A DNA stretch of 64,000 nucleotides from an uncultured Erysipelotrichaceae bacterium (GTDB lineage: Bacteria; Bacillota_I; Bacilli_A; RFN20; CAG-826), in the NCBI GenBank assembly GCA_900315885.1, contig ONAT01000002.1, forward strand, positions 28,776-92,775. Reading direction: 5' to 3'. The translations under genes were made by a program, and so were the position numbers. Each line of letters opens with the position of its first letter. Within the stretch, counting starts at the first letter, position 1. The notes under the pieces were generated by a model. The model had not been told where the DNA came from and ran no database searches. It saw only the letters and a list, made by a program, of their open reading frames with translations. Positions 55,892-64,000 of this stretch are shown here, in pieces.

Positions 55892-56800
55892 TTAACGTTC
55901 AATTACAAAATAATTAATTTCTTTATCAGTTTCAAAATGGAAGTCTGTCGCACCATGGCTCTTTAAAGAGTAAGCAAATCCTTTTTGTGATTCATTACCA
56001 ATTAAGGTATCGACAACTGTCTTACCAATTAGTTGATTAAATGAATCGGAAGTTCCCATTTTAAATATTACATCAAGGGTGTGGAACATATCGTCTGTTT
56101 GTTCTTTAGTTAAATTGTTAATTCTTAATTCTTTATGACTAACTTCATAAGAGAAAGCTTCAGTTTTCTTTTCTATTATAACTGTGGAAGAAACATAAAA
56201 ACTATCTGGTACATATTTTTTAATAAGATTGAACGGAAAATTCACTAATGTGCTCTTATAATCTGTAAAATCAAGTTTTACAACTGTAATAAAATCGCAT
56301 CCTCCGTTTTCAACATTAGAAAATTGAATTTGTTTTAATTCATATGTAAAAGTATTGCCTCCAACATCAACTTTACCTTGAGTTTTTTCTTCAATAACTT
56401 TTTCCGCTAAAGCACCAACTTGTTTATCTGATAACTTAATAAGCGTATTCATATTTGCTAAGTTTTCTAAGTTAACATAATAGCCATTTGTCTCATCATA
56501 AGTAATCATGTCTTCGACTGAACCATTAACAATAGTTTTTACATCCACCATATCATCGCTAGTAAAGGAATGTGGGCACATAACTTTTTCATCAACTTTT
56601 TCATTAATTGTCTTTAATTGACCTATAGTATTAAATAAATCAACATCGTACTTAACTCTCACAAAAACGTAACCACCAACTCCGATAATTGCTATTACAC
56701 CTACAATTGCTAAAATAAATGTTAATAATTTTCTTAATAATCGCATAATCATATCCTCTTTTCTTATATATTCTATCATAAGAATTTGCAATTCACACAA
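55892..56800 (-). CDS. Membrane-anchored hypothetical protein (single N-terminal TM helix).
   Basis: LLTFILAIVGVIAIIGVGGYVFV; no motif recognised. Confidence 0.4.
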   Translation of the reverse strand: MCELQILMIEYIRKEDMIMRLLRKLLTFILAIVGVIAIIGVGGYVFVRVKYDVDLFNTIGQLKTINEKVDEKVMCPHSFTSDDMVDVKTIVNGSVEDMITYDETNGYYVNLENLANMNTLIKLSDKQVGALAEKVIEEKTQGKVDVGGNTFTYELKQIQFSNVENGGCDFITVVKLDFTDYKSTLVNFPFNLIKKYVPDSFYVSSTVIIEKKTEAFSYEVSHKELRINNLTKEQTDDMFHTLDVIFKMGTSDSFNQLIGKTVVDTLIGNESQKGFAYSLKSHGATDFHFETDKEINYFVIER

Positions 56801-56832
56801 AAAAAGTAGCGAATTGTTTTTCGCTACTTAAT

Positions 56833-57192
56833 TTATAATTTCTTTTTGTGTTCAATATGCTCTTTTTCTCTTGCTAATGACTCTTCTAATTTCATTGCAC
56901 GGTCAAATGTTTCATCAAGAATAAAAGCAATTTCTGGAACTTTATAAATATCAAGTCGTTTAGCTAATTCACTACGGATAAATCCTTTACAACGATCAAG
57001 AGCTTCTAGTCGCTTGTTTTTATCACCTTTTCCAAGAAAAGAAACATAGACTTTAGCAAATGAATTATCTTTGTTTACTATTACTTCAGTAACACTAACA
57101 AAGCCTACTGTGGAATTTTTTAATTCAAATTGAATTATTTCGGAAATATTCTTTTGAATTAACGCGTGCACTCGTTCATTTCTATTTGCCAT
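56833..57192 (-). CDS. rbfA: Ribosome-binding factor A.
   Basis: RVHALIQKNISEIIQFELKN...FVSVTEVIVNKDNSFAKVYVSFLG; start at MANRNERV, immediately after the infB stop. Confidence 0.85.
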   Translation of the reverse strand: MANRNERVHALIQKNISEIIQFELKNSTVGFVSVTEVIVNKDNSFAKVYVSFLGKGDKNKRLEALDRCKGFIRSELAKRLDIYKVPEIAFILDETFDRAMKLEESLAREKEHIEHKKKL

Positions 57193-57193
57193 T

Positions 57194-59053
57194 TTATTTA
57201 TCCTCGACCATTTCGTAGCCTTCAACAATATCTCCTTCTTTAATATCGTTAAAGTTTTCAATTGTAAGACCACATTCATAGTTTTCTGCAACTTCTTTAG
57301 CGTCGTTTTGGAATCGTTTTAAAGAATTTAGTTTTCCTTCATAAACTATTCTTCCATCACGTAATAAACGGCATAAGGAATCACGTTTAATTACTCCACT
57401 CGTAACCATACAACCAGCAATTTTACCAATCTTGCTTGCTACAATTACTTTACGAATTTCAGCTTGACCAGTTACTTGTTCATGGCAAGTAGGTTTTAAC
57501 ATACCTTTCATTGCTGCCTCAACTTCTTCAGTTAAGTGATAAATAATGGTATGTAAACGAATTTCAACTTTTTCTTCTTCCGCTTTTGCTCTAATTTTAG
57601 CATCAGGTCTAATATTAAAGCCAAAGATAATTGCGTTAGATGTTGAAGCAAGTAAAACGTCGTTTTCATTAATTGCTCCAGCTGTCGAGCGTAAGACATT
57701 AATCTTAACTCCATCAACTTGTAATCTTAGTAATGCGCCTTTAACAGCTTCGGCACTTCCTTGATTATCAGCACGAATAATACAATTAATTTCTTGAACT
57801 TCACCTTCGTGAATACGATTATATAAATCTTCAAGGCTATTAATATGTGTTTTACGTTCTTCATTAGTCTTAGCTAATTTTCTTTTTTCAGCAATATCAC
57901 GAGCTTGTTTTTCAGTTGGAAAAGCCATAAATTTATCGCCAGCGACTGGCACATCAGTAAGTCCCATAATCGCAACTGGTGTGGAAGGGCCTGCACTTTT
58001 TAATTCAGCACGATATTCATTAGTCATTTTACGTACACGACCATATGTTGCACCAACAACGACATAATCGCCAGAATTTAATGTACCATTTTGAACTAAA
58101 AGTGTTGCTTTTGCACCTTCACCTTTGTCTAGTTTTGCTTCAAGAACAGTACCCATAGCGTATCTATTTGGGTTAGCTTTTAGTTCTAACATTTCTGCTA
58201 AAACTAAGATACTTTCAAGTAATGCATCAATACCAATTTTCTTTTTTGCGGAAATTTCGCAGAACATTGTGTCTCCACCATACTCTTCAGGAATAACATC
58301 TAATTCCATTAATTCTTGTTTAACACGTTCGACGTTAGCTTCTGGTTTATCAATTTTATTGACAGCAATAATAAGAGGGACTTTAGCCGCACGTGCATGA
58401 TCAATAGCTTCACGTGTTTGTGGCATAACTCCATCATCTGCTGCAACGACAATAATAACGATATCTGTTACACTTGCACCTCTTGAGCGCATTGCTGTAA
58501 AGGCTTCGTGTCCCGGAGTATCAATAAAGGTGATTTTCTTTCCTTTTATTTCTTTTTGATAAGCACCGATTGCTTGCGTAATTGCTCCAGCTTCTGTATC
58601 AACAATATTAGAATTTCTAATTGTGTCAATAAGAGTGGTTTTACCATGGTCGACGTGTCCCATGATTGTAACTATTGGTGGTCTTTCTTTTAAATTTTTA
58701 GGATCATCAACAATTTCTAAATCCTCAAAATTTTCCTCACTAACAACTTTTTCTTTCTTAAAGTCATAGCCATACTCTAAACAAATTTCACCAATTAAAT
58801 CATCAGTTAATGTTTGATTTAAAGTTACCATTTTTCCTTTAATAAACAAATTTTTAATAATATTAGTTGCAGGAACATTAAGTTCTTTAGCTAATTGAGC
58901 AACGGTAATATCACCTGTGTAAACAAATACGCCACCATTGACTTTATTAAAATCGTTTTTGTTAAAGTTTTTGTTTGATGGGATATTACTAACGCGAGAG
59001 TTTTTGTTATTTTTACTCTTACCATTAAATGACATAAAATCACCTGCTTTCAA
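57194..59053 (-). CDS. infB: Translation initiation factor IF-2 (short form, 619 aa).
   Basis: G domain [30 protein letters not shown]; position between ylxQ and rbfA. Confidence 0.93.
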   Translation of the reverse strand: MKAGDFMSFNGKSKNNKNSRVSNIPSNKNFNKNDFNKVNGGVFVYTGDITVAQLAKELNVPATNIIKNLFIKGKMVTLNQTLTDDLIGEICLEYGYDFKKEKVVSEENFEDLEIVDDPKNLKERPPIVTIMGHVDHGKTTLIDTIRNSNIVDTEAGAITQAIGAYQKEIKGKKITFIDTPGHEAFTAMRSRGASVTDIVIIVVAADDGVMPQTREAIDHARAAKVPLIIAVNKIDKPEANVERVKQELMELDVIPEEYGGDTMFCEISAKKKIGIDALLESILVLAEMLELKANPNRYAMGTVLEAKLDKGEGAKATLLVQNGTLNSGDYVVVGATYGRVRKMTNEYRAELKSAGPSTPVAIMGLTDVPVAGDKFMAFPTEKQARDIAEKRKLAKTNEERKTHINSLEDLYNRIHEGEVQEINCIIRADNQGSAEAVKGALLRLQVDGVKINVLRSTAGAINENDVLLASTSNAIIFGFNIRPDAKIRAKAEEEKVEIRLHTIIYHLTEEVEAAMKGMLKPTCHEQVTGQAEIRKVIVASKIGKIAGCMVTSGVIKRDSLCRLLRDGRIVYEGKLNSLKRFQNDAKEVAENYECGLTIENFNDIKEGDIVEGYEMVEDK

Positions 59054-59339
59054 TTGTATTTAATATTTTGTCTCTCATTTTTGAATCTAGAATACCTATA
59101 ACGGCAACATAGTGCTTGCCCAATGCACTTCCAAATTCAATTTTACTGAAACATTCGATTAATTCAGTTTTATAAAATAAAGATTTGTCTTTATACCTCT
59201 TTTTTGTGTTTTCACTAGCGTCACTTGCAAGCATAATTAACTTGACTTGATGCTTTTTTAAAAGAGGTATAATTTCATCTCCTATTATTATACGCTTACC
59301 TTTGTATGCTAAACCTAAAGACTTAAGAATATTATCCAT
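59040..59339 (-). CDS. ylxQ: L7Ae-family RNA-binding protein YlxQ.
   Basis: 99 aa; L7Ae-like segment LIMLASDASENTKKRYKD; position nusA-ylxR-ylxQ-infB. Confidence 0.7.
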   Translation of the reverse strand: MDNILKSLGLAYKGKRIIIGDEIIPLLKKHQVKLIMLASDASENTKKRYKDKSLFYKTELIECFSKIEFGSALGKHYVAVIGILDSKMRDKILNTIESR

Positions 59340-59589
59340 GAATTAGCCTTTCGATTTCTTGATAAACACTATCATCAATTGATGTTTCTAATACTTTTTC
59401 AAGAACCTTTTTACTCTTTGCTAATTCTAATACTTTTTCGTCTTTTTTAAGATATGCACCATGACCATTTATTTTTCCTGTCATATCAACTTTAATTTCA
59501 CCTGTTGGTGTCTTAACAATGCGTAGCAATTCACTTTTCGGTAATGATTCATGACATACAACACATGTTCTCATCGGTATTTTTTTCAT
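59332..59589 (-). CDS. ylxR: YlxR-family (DUF448) RNA-binding protein.
   Basis: MRTCVVCHESLPKSELLRIV; 85 aa; conserved position after nusA. Confidence 0.75.
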   Translation of the reverse strand: MKKIPMRTCVVCHESLPKSELLRIVKTPTGEIKVDMTGKINGHGAYLKKDEKVLELAKSKKVLEKVLETSIDDSVYQEIERLIHG

Positions 59590-59614
59590 AGATACACATC
59601 CTTTCTAATAAATA

Positions 59615-61234
59615 TTATTCGTCGTAGTAAGAATCGAATTCATCGTAGTCGATGTCTTCGTCTTCCTCTTCTTCTTCGTTTTCTTCCTCTTCAAACGCTT
59701 TTAATTCTTCTGGAGTATAAATGTCCATGTGTTCTGGTTTAACTCCATCAGGAATAAGTGAAACATCTTTTTCTTTCTCTTCTTCCTTCTTAGAATTATC
59801 GTTTTTCTTCCATTTGCGTTGACGGTTGTTAGCGTTAAGTTGACGTTTCTTTTCGTTTTCAAGTTCTTGTTCCAAATCCGCCAAAGTCTTGTTTGTTTTT
59901 ACATTTTGAATTTCGACTTTTTCTTCGACTTTTGCAGGTTTAACTTCAACTTTTTCTTCAACTTTAGTTGGTTCAGTCTTAATTACTTCTTCGTCTTTTG
60001 TAACGTCTTCTTTAACTTCTTCCACAGTTTCTTCAACTTTTTCTTCAACGGGTGTGACAACTTCTGTTACATCGTTTTCTGTTACATTGCTGTCATCGAT
60101 ATGTTCTAATTCTTCATTTGCCTTTAATTCATCATCACGAATTAAATCTTCTTGAGTCTTATAAACAATACCTTGGCTCAAAGCATCATCTAATTCTTTA
60201 ATATCAATATTCCAACCTGTTAATTTAACTGCCAAACGAGCATTGACACCTTGTTTACCAATAGCGACAGATAATTCATTATTTGGTACAACTGCGATTG
60301 CTTTTTTGTTTGCTTCATCGAGTACAACACCACGAACATTTGATGGTTTTAATGCTTCCATTATGTAAAGGCCTGGATTTTCGTAATAGTTAATGACATC
60401 AATCTTTTCTTTTTCCGAACCATTACCTAATTGACCAACAATCTTTTGGATACGGCTTCCGTTTGGACCAATGCACGCACCAGTAGCAGGAACGTTTGAA
60501 TCTAGTGAGTAAACAGCAACTTTACTACGTTTACCAGCTTCGCGTGCAATATTTTTAATAATGACTGTGCCTTCATAAATTTCATGAACTTCGTTTTCAA
60601 ATAATCTCTTTAAGAAGTTTGCATCAGTACGAGAAACGATTACTTGGGCCCCCTTTGGAGTTGAGACAACATCAGCAACATAAAGTTTCACAACATCTCC
60701 GACTTTGAATTTTTCGCCCGCAATCATGGCAACACGAGGTAAAAATACTGATAATCTTCCAACATTGATAATTGCTCCACGTTCATCACATTTTTCTACT
60801 GTACCTTGGATTAATTCACCTATGAAGTCTTTATATTGCTCATACAATACAGATTTTTCTGCCTCAGCGATTTTTTGGCGCAATACAGAAGCAATAAGTT
60901 GTACTGATCCTTTTGTTAAGAAATCAATTGAATATGGAATTTCATATTGGTCTCCAACTTTTGCATCCTTGTTTTCTTTTTTGGCATCTTCTAGGCTAAT
61001 TTCTAAAAAATCATCTTCAACTTCTTCTACAACATTTTTAAGTTGGAATAATTTAATAGTTGAGGCCTTGTCATCAATATCACATCTTACAAGTGCGTCA
61101 TCTGCGTTGCCTAGTTGTTTTCTAAATGCTTTTTCCATTGCTTCTTTTAAAGCATTGAGAACAACTTCTCTTGAAACTCCGCGATCATTCTCTAATGATT
61201 CAAGTCCCTCTAAAAATATCTTAGCATCAATCAT
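59615..61234 (-). CDS. nusA: Transcription termination/antitermination factor NusA with a ~170 aa acidic E/K-rich repetitive C-terminal extension.
   Basis: N-terminal MIDAKIFLEGLESLENDRGVSREVVLNALKEAMEKAFRK; S1 and KH regions; tail VEEKVEETVEEVKEDV...EEEENEEEEEDEDIDYDEFDSYYDE. Confidence 0.9.
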   Translation of the reverse strand: MIDAKIFLEGLESLENDRGVSREVVLNALKEAMEKAFRKQLGNADDALVRCDIDDKASTIKLFQLKNVVEEVEDDFLEISLEDAKKENKDAKVGDQYEIPYSIDFLTKGSVQLIASVLRQKIAEAEKSVLYEQYKDFIGELIQGTVEKCDERGAIINVGRLSVFLPRVAMIAGEKFKVGDVVKLYVADVVSTPKGAQVIVSRTDANFLKRLFENEVHEIYEGTVIIKNIAREAGKRSKVAVYSLDSNVPATGACIGPNGSRIQKIVGQLGNGSEKEKIDVINYYENPGLYIMEALKPSNVRGVVLDEANKKAIAVVPNNELSVAIGKQGVNARLAVKLTGWNIDIKELDDALSQGIVYKTQEDLIRDDELKANEELEHIDDSNVTENDVTEVVTPVEEKVEETVEEVKEDVTKDEEVIKTEPTKVEEKVEVKPAKVEEKVEIQNVKTNKTLADLEQELENEKKRQLNANNRQRKWKKNDNSKKEEEKEKDVSLIPDGVKPEHMDIYTPEELKAFEEEENEEEEEDEDIDYDEFDSYYDE

Positions 61235-61247
61235 AATTCATTCTCCT

Positions 61248-61718
61248 CTAAAATTTAATTGCTAATCTTGCACGATCAATGTTGCTTTTATTGATCGATA
61301 TGTTTTTTGTGCGTGTTTTAATTCTAATTGTTAGCACTATGTCATCGTCTTTTATTTCACTTAGTGTTCCTTCGTATATGTTTTCACCAGCAATAGGATT
61401 TATCAAATGTAAATTCACATAGCGATTAATATACTTATCAATTTCTTTGAAATCAATGGGATGTTCGGCTCCAGCTGAAGCAACATCTAACATATAATTA
61501 TCATCTTTGATAATATCTGCTTCATCTAGTAATGGTGAAATAGTTTCTGAGATATCGACAATCTCATCAAGACTAATTCCTACATCATTTTCTTTTTCTA
61601 CCAAAATTCGCAAAATGAAATCTTTTCCTTCTTTACCATAAGTTATTTCGTAAATTCGGACTCCTTTTTCTTTGAATACTGGTGCGACAAGTTGTTTTAC
61701 TTCTTCGACAATTGACAT
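61248..61718 (-). CDS. rimP: Ribosome maturation factor RimP.
   Basis: MSIVEEVKQLVAPVFKEKGVRIYEITYGKEGKDFILRILVEKEN; RBS AAGGAGG; start at the internal Met of the track ORF. Confidence 0.85.
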   Translation of the reverse strand: MSIVEEVKQLVAPVFKEKGVRIYEITYGKEGKDFILRILVEKENDVGISLDEIVDISETISPLLDEADIIKDDNYMLDVASAGAEHPIDFKEIDKYINRYVNLHLINPIAGENIYEGTLSEIKDDDIVLTIRIKTRTKNISINKSNIDRARLAIKF

Positions 61719-61941
61719 AAATGCCTCCTTAATTAAATCAAAGAGTGGGGAGGTCCCCACTCTTAGAAAACATCTTTGACCAAATGGTCATGCTTCTTCA
61801 AGCACGATGCTATTATATATTTATATTTATATAAATTCAACCACTAATTTTATAATTTTATTTAAAAATTGTTTAAATATACATAAAAACTAGACATCTT
61901 TTGTGAAAGTCTAGCTTTTAATCTTTAATTTACAATTAAAA

Positions 61942-63393
61942 TTATTGAGTAATCTTTCCTACTTTTGCGCCTTGACTTGGCATAAATTCCAAATTCTCTT
62001 TAGTCCAAGCCTTAACATCTTCAATCATTGCGTCACGTACAAGAAGTAAAGTTTCTGTTACATCTTTGCCATTTTGGAAACAATATTCTGGCTTATCAAA
62101 TATATAGTCACAAGCCGCTACAACATATTCTTGTGTGTCATTTAAAGCATTAATTTCTTCAGTTGTATGTGAGAAGATAAAGTTATCACTATTATTAATT
62201 AAACCTTTGACATCTTTGCCAGTTATTTTGGTAGTTTTAATCATATTATCAAACGGCATCATTTCCCAAATGTTTGAGACTTTAATGTCACTACCCTTAG
62301 CGATTGGGAAGGCTTTTTCTCTAACTCCTCCAGCATTAATAATTCCTACATCTGCTCCTGTTGCTCCTTTAATAGCGTTTGCAATCCATTTTCCACCTAT
62401 TTTTTTGGTGATTTTTTCGCCTGCTTTACCAATTACTTCGTTAACAACTTTGTTAATATCTTTCAAATTATCATCAATAATTGTCTTAATCTCTTGATCT
62501 TTATTTTTAACATCTTGAATTTCTTCGTTAACAGTGGTCATGCTAATCACTTTTTTCTCTTCGCGGTTATAACGTATATTTGTTACTCCAAGATATGCGC
62601 CATTAGATTCTGATTGAACAACATTATAACCATCATTTTCTTTCACATAAGAAGAATGCGAATGTCCATTTATAATTAAATCAATTTTTGCTTTAGTATT
62701 GGTGCCTAATTCAGTATTAACAAAATCACTATCATCATGTCCCATCGCCACAATTAAATCACAGTTATCTTCATTTCTAAGTTTATAAGCAATATCAACA
62801 ATTCGCTCAGCAGGATTTGTAAATTCATATGGACTAATAATTGAGGTAGCAATATCATTCATACATGTTGTACTAATCCAACCAATGATACCAATTTTTA
62901 TATCTCCACGTTCAACAATTTTATAATCTTTTGCCCAATCAACACGTGAAAGTTCTTTGTTTTCTTGAACTTGATAAATATTGCAACCTAAATAATCATA
63001 ATTAGCTTCTCCGTTTTTAGTGTCACCATCATGCTGAGATATAATTGTGTCTACACCCCAATCAAATTCATGGTTACCAATAGTCATAGCTTCTAGGCCT
63101 AATTTATTCATGACATCCATCATTATCTTGCCTTTGCCAGTATTAGATTCTGCACTACCTTGATACATGTCACCAGCACTTAACAAAACTGTTCCATTTT
63201 TCACTTTGTTTTGCTTTTCAATAATTGTGGAAGCAAAGTTTAAGAGCCCTTGTTGTGAACCATCTTCGCTTTGTTTAACTGCGCCATGAAAGTCATTAAA
63301 ACTCAATATTTGAATATCAACGATATTTCCATTATTACATCCTGATAAAGATGCCATTAATAATGGTAGTAAAAGCAATTTTTTAAATTTCAT
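61942..63393 (-). CDS. Lipoprotein 5'-nucleotidase / metallophosphoesterase (UshA/YfkN-like).
   Basis: Lipobox LMASLSGCNNG; metallophosphatase motifs ILSFNDFHGAV, GDMYQGS, GNHEFDWG; C-terminal 5'-nucleotidase domain. Confidence 0.8.
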   Translation of the reverse strand: MKFKKLLLLPLLMASLSGCNNGNIVDIQILSFNDFHGAVKQSEDGSQQGLLNFASTIIEKQNKVKNGTVLLSAGDMYQGSAESNTGKGKIMMDVMNKLGLEAMTIGNHEFDWGVDTIISQHDGDTKNGEANYDYLGCNIYQVQENKELSRVDWAKDYKIVERGDIKIGIIGWISTTCMNDIATSIISPYEFTNPAERIVDIAYKLRNEDNCDLIVAMGHDDSDFVNTELGTNTKAKIDLIINGHSHSSYVKENDGYNVVQSESNGAYLGVTNIRYNREEKKVISMTTVNEEIQDVKNKDQEIKTIIDDNLKDINKVVNEVIGKAGEKITKKIGGKWIANAIKGATGADVGIINAGGVREKAFPIAKGSDIKVSNIWEMMPFDNMIKTTKITGKDVKGLINNSDNFIFSHTTEEINALNDTQEYVVAACDYIFDKPEYCFQNGKDVTETLLLVRDAMIEDVKAWTKENLEFMPSQGAKVGKITQ

Positions 63394-63593
63394 AAATATC
63401 CCCTTTGTATTTAAAATGAATTAATTTTTAGCCTTTTATTTGCAAATTAAAAAATTCATTTTTATTCACAATATAATATTATCATATTGGAGCAAATTAC
63501 TTAAATCAATTTTTTAAAAACTAGTTGCGCAAATAATGTTTACTATTATTTGAATAATAGTATATAATAGTTCATTGGAAAGAGGAAAATTAT

Positions 63594-64000
63594 ATGAAAA
63601 AAGTATTAGTTTTAACAGTACTCCCACTTTTATTATTAGCCTCATGTAATAACAACAATAATGGCTCAAATGGTGGCAATACTACAAAAAATGGCATGTT
63701 AGTTAGAGAGCGTGTTAAACAACTAAGTGATAATATTGATACTATTCCATCATTTGGAAGTTCAAACGATAGCACCCAAACTAAAAATGTCAAAAAAATA
63801 GAAAGCAAGAAAGTTAGCGAAAGTTCTTTAACAAAATTTCCTGAAATCGATAAATCAAAAATTGTATCATCTTCTTATCAATATCTTGATAACGACTTTG
63901 TATTAGCGAATTCAATAATTGAAGGAGTTAAAAGTCTTAAGGAATCATATGTCGAAAAAGTTACAGAATATGGTACTTGGTTATATGAATTTGCACCAAA
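63594..64000 (+). CDS. Lipoprotein, N-terminal part only; continues beyond the window end.
   Basis: RBS AAAGAGGAAAA then ATG; MKKVLVLTVLPLLLLASCNNNNNGSNGG (lipobox LLASC); open reading frame to the window edge. Confidence 0.55.
   Translation, partial: MKKVLVLTVLPLLLLASCNNNNNGSNGGNTTKNGMLVRERVKQLSDNIDTIPSFGSSNDSTQTKNVKKIESKKVSESSLTKFPEIDKSKIVSSSYQYLDNDFVLANSIIEGVKSLKESYVEKVTEYGTWLYEFAP

Noticed and set aside
57532-58693. ORFs 57532..57717 (-), 57546..57764 (+), 58125..58400 (+) and 58508..58693 (+) inside infB
   Set aside because: Nested or antisense to a highly conserved gene.
59800-60100. Short tandem DNA repeats (ttcaactttttcttcaac...) considered as a CRISPR or minisatellite
   Set aside because: They are in-frame coding repeats for the E/K/V-rich NusA tail: irregular spacing, no repeat-spacer structure. 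No CRISPR array seen anywhere in the window.
59551-61265. ORFs 59551..59742 (+), 59819..60109 (+) and 60705..61265 (+) over ylxR/nusA
   Set aside because: Antisense; the 59819..60109 translation is an F/N-rich mirror of the NusA acidic repeat.
61738-61768. Hairpin AGAGTGGGGA-gg-TCCCCACTCT just upstream of the rimP RBS, considered as a terminator or attenuator
   Set aside because: No U-run on the plus strand and only a weak T-rich tail on the minus strand. It is also partly inside the track's 5'-extended rimP ORF. Possibly a 5' UTR structure, but unsupported.
62135-62497. ORF 62135..62497 (+) inside the 5'-nucleotidase gene
   Set aside because: Antisense shadow ORF.
63590-63808. Minus-strand ORF 63590..63808 (72 aa)
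   Set aside because: Overlaps the plus-strand lipoprotein start, which has a good RBS and a lipobox; the minus ORF has no RBS and a hydrophobic low-complexity translation.

Overview
This 64 kb window is AT-rich and reads with the standard genetic code (long ORFs are intact, so UGA is not Trp). It looks like a low-GC Firmicutes / Mollicutes-related genome such as Erysipelotrichia or Acholeplasma: lipoproteins are frequent, IF-2 is short, PrkC is a kinase domain only, and NusA carries an acidic tail. Most genes are on the minus strand. 

Housekeeping content is extensive. 
- Translation and RNA: leuS with a T-box leader (Leu CUC specifier), rpmB, rpsO, truB, rbfA-infB-ylxQ-ylxR-nusA-rimP, trmL and a ttcA-like PP-loop ATPase. 
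- Metabolism and transport: a heterodimeric ABC exporter pair, a cyclophilin, the DAP genes asd-dapF-aminotransferase, feoAB, and a 5'-nucleotidase lipoprotein. 
- A block syntenic with the B. subtilis ylo region: gmk, priA, rqcH(yloA)-like, rlmN-prpC-prkC-rsgA-rpe-(thiN?). 

Three accessory regions stand out. 
1. Coordinates 23.9-36.1 kb form a tightly packed, co-directional 12 kb block. It encodes a Wadjet/MksBEF-like SMC module (JetA-like 480 aa, JetB-like 212 aa, JetC-like SMC ATPase 1132 aa) with no recognisable JetD Toprim nuclease. In the JetD position is a two-TM protein, followed by a GH13 glucosidase. Next come two tandem paralogous proteins with N-terminal TIR domains (VFLSYA box-1 and W-x-x-x-E catalytic helix). 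Last is a 685 aa membrane protein with two Rossmann-like domains and a C-terminal RyR-like motif, whose start overlaps the last TIR gene. I read this as a candidate undescribed Thoeris-like TIR-signalling system, possibly coupled to a nuclease-less Wadjet-like condensin. 
2. Coordinates 0.1-4.4 kb hold a divergent XRE-repressor / operon pair. The operon encodes a 246 aa unknown protein, an 848 aa UvrD-like SF1 helicase with a roughly 250 aa C-terminal coiled-coil, and two small proteins. CTCATAA operator repeats sit in the shared promoter region. This is a candidate defence-type module. 
3. Coordinates 4.5-8.6 kb carry a tandem array of three lipoprotein paralogs (one decayed) that duplicates coding, terminator and intergenic sequence. 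The array is co-transcribed with a secreted C39/papain-like cysteine peptidase. 

Also notable is an OlsB/OlsA-like aminolipid locus: a GNAT N-acyltransferase sits divergently from a DedA-PlsC-zinc-ribbon fusion. I found no CRISPR array, rRNA, tRNA, transposase or integrase.
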